This document shows positions 14,484 to 28,432 of a stretch of 64,000 bases of DNA, one piece after another. Source of the DNA: Octopus sinensis (taxonomy: Eukaryota); contig NC_042997.1 of the NCBI RefSeq assembly GCF_006345805.1, positions 141,236,001-141,300,000 on the forward strand. The letters are read 5' to 3'. Below the pieces are notes generated by a model. It worked only from the letters and a program-made list of their open reading frames with translations. It had not been told where the DNA came from and made no database searches. A program made the translations under genes and the position numbers. Every line of letters begins with the position of its first letter. Position 1 is the stretch's first letter.

Positions 14484-15511
14484 TTTTATGTAGTGTAAAT
14501 TTAACTTTCGATTTACAAATGTAATTTTCTGCGTAGTTTTAAATGCTTTGTGCATCAAATATATTATAGCACTCGCACGTATTAGCTGCACATTCATATA
14601 TTGCATATACACATGCGGGAATACATACATATGTATATGTTCATACATAAATACATATAAAATTATTAAAACATATTTTGAAACATAATTTACATATTTT
14701 GATCTTATATTCATTGCTCTGTCTAATACCGCTCCATTTACTAACAAATCATTGCCATTTATACAACAATAACTCCTAGTTATATTGCACAGTGAGAAGA
14801 CCGTAATCTTTATTCATATCTTGTCAATATGATATTATCTATCGTAATAATTGAAATGTAAGCCGCTTGTCCTGCCACGTCTGGTAATATTACACCAAGT
14901 AAATGATACAATAATCCTCTTTCAATCCCAGTGATGGATTCTTAGCTGAAGGCCATTCTTATACATTGTTTTCGCTAATGGATGTCTCCGAGCAGTATTC
15001 AGTTGAGACGCCTTCTCATATAAACAGATAAAATTTACACGGAAATCATCAGTAGACCAAACGATAATGGCGAATTGCATTCTAATATATTTCTCATAAA
15101 TACAGAACCGTAGTAATTTTTCATTCAAAATGCAGTATACAACCAACTGAATAAATATATATAAGTCTTAACATATTAAAGCAAATTTCAAAGTTTATAT
15201 GTATTTCAAAATAGATTATTCGTAATTCTTAATATAAGAATTGCACGCTTATACATACAGAACGCAATACAAATAGAGAGTTACAATAATTCATATAGTT
15301 TTAAGACACGCAAGCACACACACACACGCACACACACACACACACGTGCGCGCGCGCGCACACACACACACACACACAGAGGCGCGCGTGCACGCACACT
15401 CACAAACACACACACATGCACATATATGTATGTACGTATTTATGTATGTATATGCATATTTTATGTATACGTATAAGTATACACACAGACACATATATGA
15501 AGGTATGTATT

Positions 15512-15592
<81 letters not shown>

Positions 15593-16321
15593 ATGTGTGT
15601 GTGTGTGTGTGCAAGTATACATATACATGGATGGATGAATATACACATGCAGACAATGCACACAAACACAGACGCATGTATACATACGCATTGCAACTGT
15701 TTTATTATTATGCTATCATGTATTATGAAATATATTGATGCATATCACTTTATCCGATTTACAGAAAACTCCAATAATGGTTGTACATATAAGCACTGTC
15801 TAAGTCGACGGTTATAGACAGATGCTCAGTTATTACTGAAATACCTACACAGGATTGAAACCGATGTAGCTGATTCCTCTTATGTGTGTCCACAGAGAGT
15901 TCTTTATATCTATTGTCTATGTAATTTCAATTTAATTTATGTTCATGGAATTGGCTGAAATCTCACATTTCTTCTATAGTACATTTCTATCAAGTTCGCA
16001 TTCTATGCTGCACTGGGAGAACATTTATAAAATTGATTTGCCTCAATCTGATCTGAATAGAGCAAAAAAAGAGATATCAAAAATGTTTTAACGCTTAGAT
16101 GTATGCATGTTGTTTATCAAATGTGGTCTCGGAGGATCGACAAAGGGAAATGTTGCCTTTCACTATGTAAATTAGACGCCCAGTGCTGCAGCATGTATTG
16201 TGAAGTTATACTATATATTATACATTTGAAATAGTCTTATTCATAGAAACAAATAAATCAAATTAAACATATAGCAATGATGGGTGATGTACTAGAAGTA
16301 ATATACCCAGATCAGACAATA

Positions 16322-17595
16322 TATGAGGGGTGTTCATTAAAGATTTCCTCTGAATCACTTCTGGTTATTGCAGGAAACAGAACTTGTACAAGTATAATTA
16401 TGCATTCCCTACGTCACATTGCAAAATGCAACTTTCCACAAGAATTAGTTTGTCTTTTACGGCTGCTGAAGTGGACTAAGGTGTTATAATGGAGCAGTTG
16501 AATGCACATCTGTGATCAGGTTCTTATACTTGAAAGAGATCCGGTTCTTACACTTCGATGAGATAAAAGAAGTTTATGGTGACGATGCACCATCATACGA
16601 CGTAATCAAGCACTGGAATCGCCAGTTCAAATGTGGTCGGACATCGGTGGAAACTGCTGCTATTCATGGACGACAACATCCCGCCACTGATGTCAACACA
16701 ATACATAAAATGGTAGTCGCCACTTTGGAGGATCACCGCATAACTATTCGGCAACTAGCCCAAGAAGTGAAGATAAGTGTAGGGTCCGTGGGAAAAATCA
16801 TTTATGACCATTTGAACATGCGGAAGTTGTCTGTGCGATGGATTCTCCGAATGCTCACAGTTCAGAAACAAGAATGAGTCAATTGTTCCCAGGCTCTTTT
16901 GGCAATATGCCAAGTAAACGAAGTGAACTTTTACGTCAGACTTATCACACATGGGTCCATCACTATGATCCTGAGACTAGAGTCCACTCGATGCAATGGA
17001 AACATGGTAACTCACCACCTCCAAAGAAGGTTCGTGTCCAACCGTCAGCAGGCAAGTTGATGTTCACAGTCTTCTGGGACCAGCACGGAGTAATGATGAT
17101 GGATTTTCTGGCAAAGGGCACCACAATTAACGGGGCATGTTATACTTCTCTGCTGCAGAAATTTCGGCACGTCATCAAAGCAGGGAGGCGTGGCACACTG
17201 TCCAAAGGAGTCCACCCCCTTCAAGACAACGCCCTAGTTCATAATGCGCATGTTGCCTGGATGTAAGCACACTCCCGGGGCTATGAAATCCTTTCTCATC
17301 TCCCTTACTCTCTCGATCTCGCACCATCTGACTTCCACCTCTTTCCTACTATGAAGTCCTTTTTGAAGGAGAAGTATTTTCGGATGATGATGAACTTATT
17401 TCCGAGGTAAAGTCTTAGCTCCAGACGCAACCTACCGACTTCTACAGACGAGTTCTTCACATCTGCATAAAGCGATAGGAGAAGTGTGTCACCATTGGTG
17501 GAGGCTATGTAGAGAAGGACTACTAATTATGCCAAGTTTCGGTTATCCCAGTCCTTGGGAAGAGAGTCAGGTGAATTCTTTATTTAGCTCAGGTA
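16322..17595 (+). mobile_element. Near-full-length mariner relic (irritans/Hsmar2-like, tentative)
   Basis: Left TIR tatgaggggtgttcattaaagatttcc, degenerate right TIR; transposase ~16489-17526 with RWILRML, WVHHYDPET, LQDNA, PYSLDLAPSDFHLFP; several stops and frameshifts. Confidence 0.9.
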
Positions 17596-17947
17596 GTTAC
17601 ACTTTTTTTAAAACATTGTGCAACGGTAATTTTGACTGACATCATTATCAAGTGCACTTGTATCTTATTGAGGATGAAATTTTAAGTAGTCCATTTCGTT
17701 GAACCAAATTCAACGAGAATAATTCAAATATGTGTATATATAATAATATAACAATAAGCTTTTTGTATACTGTGTATACACCACAACTATTCGGAGACGG
17801 GTAAAAGTAGGGTGCAGAAACAAAATACAATGTCTTTCCCAGTAGTATCACAAACGATCTCTGGTTATCCTCATGAAGTTCAGTAAAACATTACAATAAT
17901 AGGAAATATAATTAATGTATCATTAGAACAATGCTTAATTAATGATT

Positions 17948-18440
17948 CTTTGTGCAATAGGCACAAGGCCTGAATTTTGCGGTGTGGGGACTAGTCGAGT
18001 ACATCGATTCAAATGTTTACCTGGTACTTATTTTACCGACCCTGAAAGGATGAAGGGCAAAGTGGATCTCAGCGGAATTTACACTCAGAATGTAAAGACG
18101 GACGAACTGCCGCTAAGCATTTTGTCCGGCATGCTAACAATTCTGAAAGCTTGTTGCCTTATTCTTAACTAAAGATAAGCTAACGATGGTCAACATTGTA
18201 GTTCTAATAATACATTAGTGGAAGGCGGCAAGCCGGCAGAATAGTTAGTACATTGGGGAAACTGCTTAGCAGCATTTCTCCAGACACTACGTTTTGACTT
18301 CTAATTTCACGAAGGTAGACTTTGCCTTTCATGTTTTTCGGTGTCGATAAAATAATTACCGATTGAATGTCGATGGTATCGAATGTACTCCTCCTCTAAA
18401 ACTGCTGATCTCGTACCAAATTTTGAAACCAATAATACAG
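17948..18440. mobile_element. Two divergently oriented SINE family A copies (17948-18160 minus, 18221-18440 plus)
   Basis: Homology to 736-950 on opposite strands. Confidence 0.7.
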
Positions 18441-18579
18441 CTTTAGTGGGCGAAATATAAAAATTTCCCTGGAGAAAAGATTATAGCAAATACGCTTTAT
18501 TATAGACGCAGTTATAGTACATCTCACATCGAAATTGATTATTGTGTCCATACAGTAAAAAATCACCTCCCATGTGTAA

Positions 18580-18985
18580 CAGTGAGGTGAAAATCGCTTA
18601 ATTACATATGGGAAACTATCTGTTCCACCAAACAATTAGCGGACAAAAACATTGTTTCTAGAAACGTTTCAAATCTGAAAACAAGAAAAGAAGGAAACTC
18701 CAATAAATTAATTGAAATTTTGTGAAAACATAGAAAATCCAATGTTTATGTCTACGTCTCAGAGCAATTGCGAATGTCTTTATACAGTGAGGTGAAAATC
18801 GTTCAATTAAAAACGAGAAACTATCTGTTCCACCAAACAATTAGTGGACAAAAACGTTGTCTATAGAAACGTTTCAAATTTGAAAACAAGAAGAGAAGAT
18901 GACTCCAATAAAGCTAATTGACATTTTATAAAAACAGAAAATTCAATGTATATGTCCATATCTAAGATCAATTTCCAGTATTATT
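18580..18985. repeat. Diverged tandem dimer, 205 bp unit
   Basis: cagtgaggtgaaaatcg recurs at 18580 and 18785; ctatctgttccaccaaacaattag and tagaaacgtttcaaa are shared. Confidence 0.85.
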
Positions 18986-18994
18986 ATTGGCCTC

Positions 18995-19680
18995 ATTAAA
19001 GTGGCAAGCTGGCAGGATCGTTAGGACGCATAAGGGAAAAATGCATAACGGTATTTCGTCCGTCTTTACACTGAGTTCAAACTCCGCAAATGTCGATTTT
19101 GCATTCCATCCTTTTGAGGTTGATAAAATAAATACCAGTCACATACTGGTGTCGATAAAATCGGCTTGCCCCCACCCCTAAAATTTCGGGCAGTATGTCT
19201 ATATTAGAAAGTATTATTATTTTCTATTAACGAAGACGGTGAGCTGGCAGAATCGTTGGCACGTTGGACAAAAGTGCTTAGTGCAGTTATTCCGGCTGAT
19301 TACATTCTGAATCCAAATCCCGTCGAGGTTGAAATTGCCATTCACCCTTTCGGGGACGATAAATTAAGTACCTTTTCAACACGGGAGCCAATATAACCGA
19401 TTAGCTCTCGTCAAAAATTTCTGACCTTGTACTTGTAGTAGAAAGCATTGTTATTATTAAGGTGACGAGCTAGCTAAATCATCGACACGTCGAAAAAATG
19501 CCTGGCGGCATTTCTTCTGACTTATTATGATATTCTGAGTTCAAATTCTACCGAGTTCAACTTTGCGTTTCTTATTTCGGGGCCGCTAAAATAAAGGACT
19601 ATTGAGTACTAGGGTCGACGTAATAGACTTGTCCCCTCCCCTCAAAACTGCTAACCATATGCCAAAAATAGAAAGACTTA
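18995..19680 (+). mobile_element. Three head-to-tail SINE family A copies
   Basis: Three successive heads (aaagtggcaagctggcagg, aagacggtgagctggcag, aaggtgacgagctagc) separated by att-rich tails. Confidence 0.75.
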
Positions 19681-20147
19681 TTTATCTGTTTATCAATCAC
19701 AAGCAGAGACACATCTTTCTCTGTAAATTTCTCCGTGGTACATAAATATTATATAAATATGTTTCATTGCTGTTGATTTATTTCAGTGGTATTGTACTAG
19801 CTTTACTACCATCTTGAACCAAATCTACCTCGACAGATCAGATCTATAATCGAAATCTTTCTAACCATGATTATACTACTCACATTTACTAGGCACATTT
19901 ACCACAACTACAACCACATTATACAATAATTTCGTTGTTTTTAAGATGATACGGTATGATTTGCAGGAGACTTCGACACTAATTTTTGCAACTAGTCGAA
20001 CGACTATGTAGAAGAACAATCGTTGGATCGACTTCTCAGTTGTGTTTTAATTTATCATCGACATTATGAGTCCTATCTCAATATCTTCCAAAATATCTTT
20101 TATCTTTGAGTCCTATCTCAATATGTTCTTCCAACATATCTTTTATC

Positions 20148-20545
20148 TTTTACTAGTTTCAGTCAGTGAACTGAGACCATGCTGGAACTCTGCCTGTAAG
20201 GGTTTTAGTCAAACAATCCGATTCCACTACTTAATTTTTTTAAGTCTGGCACTTATTCTATCGATCTCTTTTTCCAAACCGCTAAGCTATGGGATGTGAA
20301 GAAACCCACTCCGATTGTCAAGCACTGGGAGGGCATAAGGACATTCATACACACACACACACACACACAAACACATACACACACACACTCATATAACACC
20401 ACCCATATATATACATATATATATGTATATATATGCACATATATATATATATACATACATATATATATATGTGTGTGTGTGTGTGCGATGGGCTTTCCGC
20501 CTACCAAATTCACTCACAAGACATTGGTCAGCATGGGGATATCGT
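20148..20545 (-). mobile_element. SINE family B, degenerate
   Basis: Reverse-complement similarity to 47137-47554 on both sides of an internal CA/TA tract. Confidence 0.6.
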
Positions 20546-21054
20546 CTTTATTACACAGCCATATGGATAACTCGAAAAAATATCTAAGAAATCTAAGAAA
20601 ACACAGCGGTTTCCATAAAAACTGTATAAACTCGGAACGTCCTCCACCAACACCATTGCACTAACTAGAACTTCCATCCAACAATCAAAATCATTGATGT
20701 TATTCCGCAGTGTAACATTGTTTTATTGAACAAGCTGGAAAGTTCCTCTTGTGGTAGAATAACATAAAATATAGCCATAATTTATTGATTAGGTCATTGA
20801 ATCAGTGATGCTGGTCATAATTTGGTTCAAATAGGCAGATATCCGCTAGGCATGAATGCGTTCCACAATAATAATTCGAACAGTCACTTTTTGTTGTTTG
20901 CGAACAAAACAAAAGAATTTTAGTAAATATCTAAGAAAATTCGTACGTATTGTCGAGAAACTTACAGAATAAAATTAACTTCCGATCATTTTGTTTGGAA
21001 GAACCATCATTAAATGTTTTGAGTGAGCCAACATCACATCGTTTGAACACGCTT

Positions 21055-21423
21055 CTATTGGGTCACTCAACTTGCTAGGAATAGCAGCTAAATTTCCTCA
21101 AATTCACAGCCTACCGTCTTACGATAGAGAGCGTAGTTCTAGATGTACAATATATAAAAAAAAAATAGAGAGAAAATGATCGGAAACTAGTGACAATGAT
21201 TTTTGAAAATTGTTATTTCGTTAGTTGTTGGCGTTATTAATATTACATCAACTCTCATCCAGCAAATATCAAAATCTTCCCAACCATAACGAGTACGTCT
21301 TTGTTACACGTAAGCTCTACGACCATGTACAGTATCCAATGTAATCTACGCTTATTTAAGACGATGGAATGTGATTTGAGGGAACTTATGCTAATATTTC
21401 ACGAAGGTCGAGTGACCCGATAG
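21055..21423. mobile_element. Fold-back/MITE-like element with ~68 bp imperfect TIRs
   Basis: ctattgggtcactcaacttgctagg...cctcaaattcac...cgtctta versus taagacg...gtgatttgaggg...ggtcgagtgacccgatag. Confidence 0.65.
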
Positions 21424-23649
21424 GGGATAGAGTTCTAAATTTACATTTCAAACGATTGAAAAGCAAAACATTTTATTGTTTTTATAAGCACTTTATATTT
21501 ATTACTTGTGGTTCCCACTAGCTATGGCTTTTAATGCGAGATAGATAACCACCCCCCTCACAAAACGAGGTTTGATTTGAATTTCGAATTTGAAATTAAG
21601 GAATACAAGGAAGATAATGCATAGCATTTTTCTTTTTATCTATCATGGAGTTCTTAAATTTTCTAGTCAGTGATAAATATGTATAACACGATTTCATTCA
21701 TTTTAGAAATCTTCAGCATGGTTTAACCTGTAAAAGCCACTAATGAGTACGGTAAGTTATAAGTTGTGTTCCATGAAACCTTTAGGTCCAGGTGTGCAAT
21801 CCTGTTTATGTTATATATGTGAGACATATATTAGACACTACACACTTCTGACATAAATATCTCAGGACAAAATGCAGTATAGTCAGCTGTCACTCGCATG
21901 CATTTACTGTTTGGTAGCATGTACAATAATTTCGATAATTGGTTTAGGTGTCTACGAAGTCGTGAGGAGACATAGATACTCTCTCAGTTTTTTTCTCACT
22001 AGATCTAGCGGAATATCTTGGGTGTAAATGCTGGAGAGAGCGAGAGAACTGCACCAGCACTTGCATCGTAATCATTACAGCTCAGTTGACTGAAGCAATG
22101 TAAAATTAAGTATCTTGCTCAAGGACATGACCCGCTGCCTGATCCAGGAATTGAATCCACATTTTATGGCCATGAGTTTAATACCCTAGGCATTAGGCCA
22201 CAATCTTCCACATAAGAGAGTCACCAACTGCTTATCTGGAAGAAAGCGTTTTCCTGATGCATAGCTAGATGGTTTTATAATATCTAAGCCATTGCTTTAT
22301 CTGCGACGAATTGTAAGAATATACGAAATTGCTGGTACAGGATTCGAGCGTAATTTTTTTGAAAATAAAATTATAGGCACATTTGTTTCTTGAGGTTACA
22401 TCCCTAAATTCCGTACACTGAAAACTGTTCTGCAATTTTTTCTGGTTCCCTTTGTTTACCAAGCCTGTAGAATGCTCAAAACAGTTATCTGTACCAGTAG
22501 CCTTATCGGACGAGACTAAGCAGACCAGAGTGCTCTTGAAATTTTTCTATCGTCATTGAGCTTCACCAAGTCGTTGTTTACAGGAATCTGTGAGAGTATT
22601 TCTGTTGTGTTATCACTGATCATTCAGAGTTCAACATTGATTTAGTGTGATCGGTTGTTCATCCCATTAGTATTTCAGAATGAATAAAAGACAACTACTG
22701 CATGAAAAGCAATAACGAAATTGATGCTAACATATTTAAGGCATGGAACATTAAGAACCTAATTAAAAATAATTATACGATGAGGAATACAAGCTGTATT
22801 AGACAATGACTACAATTATTTTCTTTATTTCTGCTGTATCATGGCCAGAATTGTTTCCTATACTTGCGTCAAAAAATGGAAATATTGCTTTTCTGTTTTG
22901 TTTTATTTTCTTTCTTTTTACTGCATGTTTATTGCCAGTTTGATTTTTAATGTTCCCTGCATTAGATATATTAGCACTAATTTAAGTGTTAGTGATGATG
23001 GTGGTACAACTTCTGATTGAGTCATGGAAACATAGTTTCCAATAATTTTTTTTTTCAAATTGATTATTCTATGCTTCTAAAAGAAATGTCACGACTTTTT
23101 CGGTTATGGCGCGGTATTTGAACTCAGGTCGCAATAAATGCTTACATTGACTAAGAAGGTATCCTACTCCATGCTCTAATAATCATGTCAATCTACCGCT
23201 GTGGACTAGTACATTTTTTGTATCGATTCCGATTGGATGAAAGTTTTCTTGATTTCGGTGGGATTTGAACTTACAGCTGAAAAGATCGGAAAACTTCAAA
23301 GTGTTCTGTCCAGCTCTCTAACACCGCCACCAATTTGCCGCCATAATTAGTAGAATGTATCAGCAAGTGACATACGTGGATTTGATTTGCACTGGGATAG
23401 AGAGGATAAGTGCTGATTTCTAAAAGATTTTTAATGTAATAAGCGTTGCTTCATTCATTTATTTATTTTGCAGCATAGTTTGAAATTCTAGTAGCCTCAT
23501 CTATTGCTGAGCAAACAGATGTCCAGCATTTTCAAAGCTTCAAGTATGATTGCAGAAATTATTAGAATATTGTTGATCAGCCATGTAATCTCTAGATTGT
23601 ACAGAACATATTTATTGAAGTTTTCTTTATTTAATATTTAGTCGGAGAA

Positions 23650-23840
23650 AAGTGGCGAGCTGGCAGGATCGTTATCACAGCGGAAAAATACTTAACAGTA
23701 TTTCGTCCGTCCTCACGTTATGGGTTCAAATTCCACCTTTCGGGGTCGATAAAATAAGCACTAATTGAGCACTGGGATCGATGTAATCAACATAGCCCCT
23801 TCTCCAAAATTGCTGATCTTGTGCCAAAGTTTGAAACTAA
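23650..23840 (+). mobile_element. SINE family A
   Basis: aagtggcgagctggcaggatcgtt...ggttcaaattcc...ggggtcgataaaataagc. Confidence 0.75.
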
Positions 23841-24680
23841 TATAAGTATGTGTGTGCATGTGTATGTGTGTAGGAGTTTAAGTATGCATGGGTAGGTAAA
23901 GTTGGATGTGTGTATGAATGGTTGTATTAGATCTTAGTCTTGTTTATTAAAGATTTTTTGCTATTTGTTTTTTTTTATATTTCTGGTTCTTCGTTTTGAA
24001 GAGTAACATTCTTGAATACATTAATATCTATTGATAATTTCGGCCACATCAACAGAATGAAAGCATAGTAGTAGCGTCTTATATTAACCAGAGATGGAAC
24101 ATGGAAATAATGCCGTAACTGATCAAATCGTCGCCACCGCATTGAAAATTACTTAACGGTTAATACCTGGTTATTTTTGTAGTTTGTTACACGTTCGGTG
24201 TGCAAGTATGCATATTGATTTTGGGTTAATATTTTGCTATGAAGGAAATTTCATAGCTAATCTTCTAGTTTTGAGGGTGGTAGTGTTATCAGCAAATGTT
24301 TTTCTAACCGATTTTGTTCGTTCTCGGTATAATAATGTGCTGCAAAGACTTCTTTTTACAAATCATGGTCAAACGATAGGAACATAACTTGCGTGGTAAG
24401 GCCGAGTAAGTCTTAAAGCGTTAATGGAATTCGGAACTTTATTGCTCCGAAATGAACATAAAGCAGTGATAAGGAAATATGAAAGATTTTCCATAAGTTT
24501 ACATTCACTCGTTCACACACATATATATATATATATATACAAGCATACACACGCACACACACACACACACACACACATATTCATATACGGTTATATAAAC
24601 ACATATTTAGGTATCTACAAATATGTATGCTTATATATATTCATATATTCATAAACAGACGTTTATGCGTTGGGGGAGGG

Positions 24681-24715
<35 letters not shown>

Positions 24716-27700
24716 TATGTCTGTGTCTTTATGTTTGTGTGCATTGTTAGTCTACATCTGAGTATATAACAATTATTATTTAATCGAGCGCTCAAAGGTA
24801 ATTGTTTAAATTCATTTCGGTGAAATTTCAGTACAGACTTTAAATACAGAATTTCTAATCATTGGACAATGTTGATTACCATAATCACCAATTGAAATTC
24901 CTGTGTATTGTAGACGTGTAGTATGACTACCGCAAGTTATCTAAATTATTGCTACAGGCAAAAACTCCAGTTAAGAAACATTACCGCAAACGTTTTTTCA
25001 AAAAACTACGAAGAGGCATCTTAATAATTAAAGAATGCAATAAAATTTAATAAGTTTCTTATCTCTTGTAATTATGAATCTGATAGAATATCATTTTGTG
25101 TATTATCGCAAGCTCAATTTTGTAAGATCGGGCAAATAGATATAGAGTCAATATATGTCTTAAAGACAAACTTATTTTATGTAACTATTAAGGGATCAAA
25201 GGGCAGAATGAACTTCAAAATTATCACTGATGAGTTTATATCAGGTCCGAAACCTGTAGGCACTCATTCCAGATACTTGCAGGAATAACATTAATTATAT
25301 AAATTATGAAATGATATCCTTTTTTCTCACGATTTATTTATTTCTAGTAGTTAAATGTTCTCAACATAAAATATATTAACACTAACGTAATTTTAAAACT
25401 GTTTTGTGATCCTTTAAGTAACGTTACTCAAACAACTTTACGGTATTTTTCTGTATGTGACATCTGTAACATTATAACAGAAATAAGAAGTGCTTTTCTC
25501 TCTTAATATTCAGGTATAATTGTTGTTACTTTTGATGTCATTTAACTCTATTTACCTTGATGTTTTGATCAAAATATATGCAGTGAATCTAGGTCAATAT
25601 ATTCGCATTTGCCCATAGTTTGTTAAGGTTGCAAGACATGATTTAAAGGAGATTTATCTCCTATTTCTTACATGTCAAATGATGAAGTAAAGATTTCTTG
25701 ATATACTCATCGGATTATAGTTTATTGATAGCAGCTGGCTGCTATATGGAATAATCCATTTTAGCTAACTACTCTAAACATTCATCATCAATGTTCTTTG
25801 AATCACCAGTGTCTCACTGTTGAGGGCTGACGTCTTTATGTTGGGAATGATGGAGTTGTACATCGTATATGTTCTGTCAGCACTTCATGCACCAGAAAGA
25901 AATTCTCTCCTTGAGATCTGTGTATTTACAGTGAATTATATTCGGCCGTTGAGAATTTAGCGTTTTTTTGTTTCAAAGTGAGGCTACAGTTAGGCTACAA
26001 ACTGCCGGTAAGCATAGAATCAATGAGGAACGATTACTTAGTAGTGCCTGCTGCATGAAAAACAAACAATAAAGCCTGTATTAATATGCTTGATGTAATC
26101 AATCACTGAATTTTAATTTACGTTAAACTCGTAGTTGAGAGGATAATCATTAGTATAATGATAATTCTGATAAGACAGAGAAGACAACTCTGAAATTATT
26201 ATATAAATACATCGCAAGCAGAGGCAGAAGTGAGTCGGTAAAGTCTGTAGTTGGGCTGAACTCTTTTGGCACAACTATCTGCAGCTCATATGAACATTAC
26301 TGTTTCGAGCCGGTTTTTAAGTCTCGTTACCCGGTTTCCATGGGGTGTAAATAACTGAGATCACAAACTTCCCTCATGGATAGAACAGCAGTCCGTCGTA
26401 GAGTTACATATTTATACCTGAATGGATAGGAGCAACATGAAATGTTTTGCTGAAGAACACCACGCACAGCCTCATACGTGCAGGAACGAATTTGTTTAAA
26501 GACTCTAAGCTCAGGTTCAATATTTTTTACAAAGAAGGTGGATTGTTTCATTCTTAGTATGAAATACAGGTATAATAGTAATTGTTGTTACATTTATACA
26601 TCGGTTAAATCAGATAAATCTAATAAATGGAAATGTAATGTTGTAAATCAGTCCAAAAATGTTCCTACGCTGGTTCGTTTTGACGATGAAATTTTTAGTA
26701 GGTGCACTGTTCTCAAGCCTCTGCACAGACTGGTCCTGGAATCAAACCCTCAATTTTGCGTGATGTATACTAACCGCTAGGCTATGTACCTTCACACAGC
26801 AGCTCGTAACACTGCTTAAAATAATCTACTTATTGCTATATCAAGCAATCTTCCCTATAGAATATAATTCTAGCTCTCTCATTCTTATCTCTATGAATAC
26901 CAACAAAAATTCAAGGTTCTTATCCACTCACAAACAGCTACAATGACGTCGTAACAAAATCTCGATCTGATAAAAATATATCGAAATACAATCTATATCG
27001 GAAATATTTGCTTTGTGTAACCTATATCCGTAACCTTTCAACTAGTGTGGGTATTGATTCTAAAGTTTGGTCTCTGATATTTTAAAGGATTAACTCCATA
27101 TCAAATCAATCATGATAATCTGATATATTTTTGCTTCCCAAAACATCTTCGGAGGATTTTATTTTCTGATTTTTCTTTTTCTGCTTCGCATTCGGTTGCT
27201 ATTTTAAGTGCTACAATTCCTTATTTCTTTTTTTCCTTTTTCTTTCAATGATAAAACTGAAGCTATTTAGCTTAGCATAATAACAAGATAGTTCTTTGTT
27301 TTGCCATTGACCTAAGAATACCGTTCACCTGCCTCATTTATTATTATTTTCTCACAATAAACTTTTGTAATTGATAGTGGATATAGTGGACCGAATTAAA
27401 ATTTATGTGTATAGTATCTTACTGTTTATGTCGACGAGCTAAGAGGTAGTTCGCAGTGATAGAATAAATCGGTTGTTTATATTAGTTATGGCAGAGCTTC
27501 TTAATCATCTTATCGGGTTTGTTTAACTAACAAAAAATTTCAAAAATATCTATGAATGCTCTGTTTGCTTTAAATTTGGTTTCCTTTATCGGTCAAACTT
27601 CATTGGCTTTCTTCAAAATAGAAACGCTCGTTTTCTCGAAGCTGGCCACCTGTATTATCTGCTGTTGTTGGATAGTTTCACACAACACACACACAAAAAA

Positions 27701-28011
27701 AAAGGTTGTAAGCATTGTCAAAATCACCACTAATATTCATTTCTTATCATTGTATACAGACATAAATCAATCGACCAAAAACTAGATATATGCTATTTTG
27801 TCAAATATTTTGAAAATAAACATTGGGTTTGCACCACTCATCATAACTCTATGTCGTGTATCTTTTCTGTAAATATGCAGACGTGGTTGTGTGATAACAA
27901 GTTTTCTTCCCAAACACATGGTTCCGAGCTCAGTCACACTGTGGGACGCCTTAGGTAAGTGTTTTCTACTGAATTAAGCCTGTCGTGTATGTATGTATGT
28001 ATTTATATATG

Positions 28012-28067
<56 letters not shown>

Positions 28068-28071
<4 letters not shown>

Positions 28072-28167
28072 AATATGTTACATTACTCAATAGTCAAGAT
28101 AAAACTCTGAGTTTCAGATGCCGAAGTGGGAATCCACGACATCTCTTCGGTTATCTGGCTATTTGAA

Positions 28168-28170
<3 letters not shown>
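28068..28170 (-). mobile_element. ~100 bp hammerhead-only module between two (TA)n tracts
   Basis: Sharp (ta)n boundaries at both ends; the insert folds almost entirely into an HHR. Confidence 0.65.
28098..28155 (-). ncRNA. Type I hammerhead motif variant (CCGAAGA core)
   Basis: Minus: gataa-CCGAAGA-gatgtc gtgg attc ccac ttc ggcatc-t-GAAA-ctcagag-TT-ttatc; stem I extends via aatag/ctatt. Confidence 0.65.
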
Positions 28171-28202
<32 letters not shown>

Positions 28203-28365
28203 TGCAGGAGAGGTTGTGTGATAAGAAGCTTACTTCCCGACAACAAAGTTTCGGATTCATTCCCACTGTGTGGGGCTAACACCCTTTAATGCAGTGTTCC
28301 AGTATGGGTGCAGTCAAATGAGTGAAATATGTAAAAGAATAAAAATTAAGAATGAATATATATAT

Positions 28366-28432
<67 letters not shown>

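Noticed and set aside
14960-15055. Minus-strand CTGATGA...GAAA
   Set aside because: Stems I and III cannot form; chance match
24184-26780. Non-repetitive short ORFs (24184, 26327, 26478) as host exons
   Set aside because: No recognisable domain or consistent splice-phase chain
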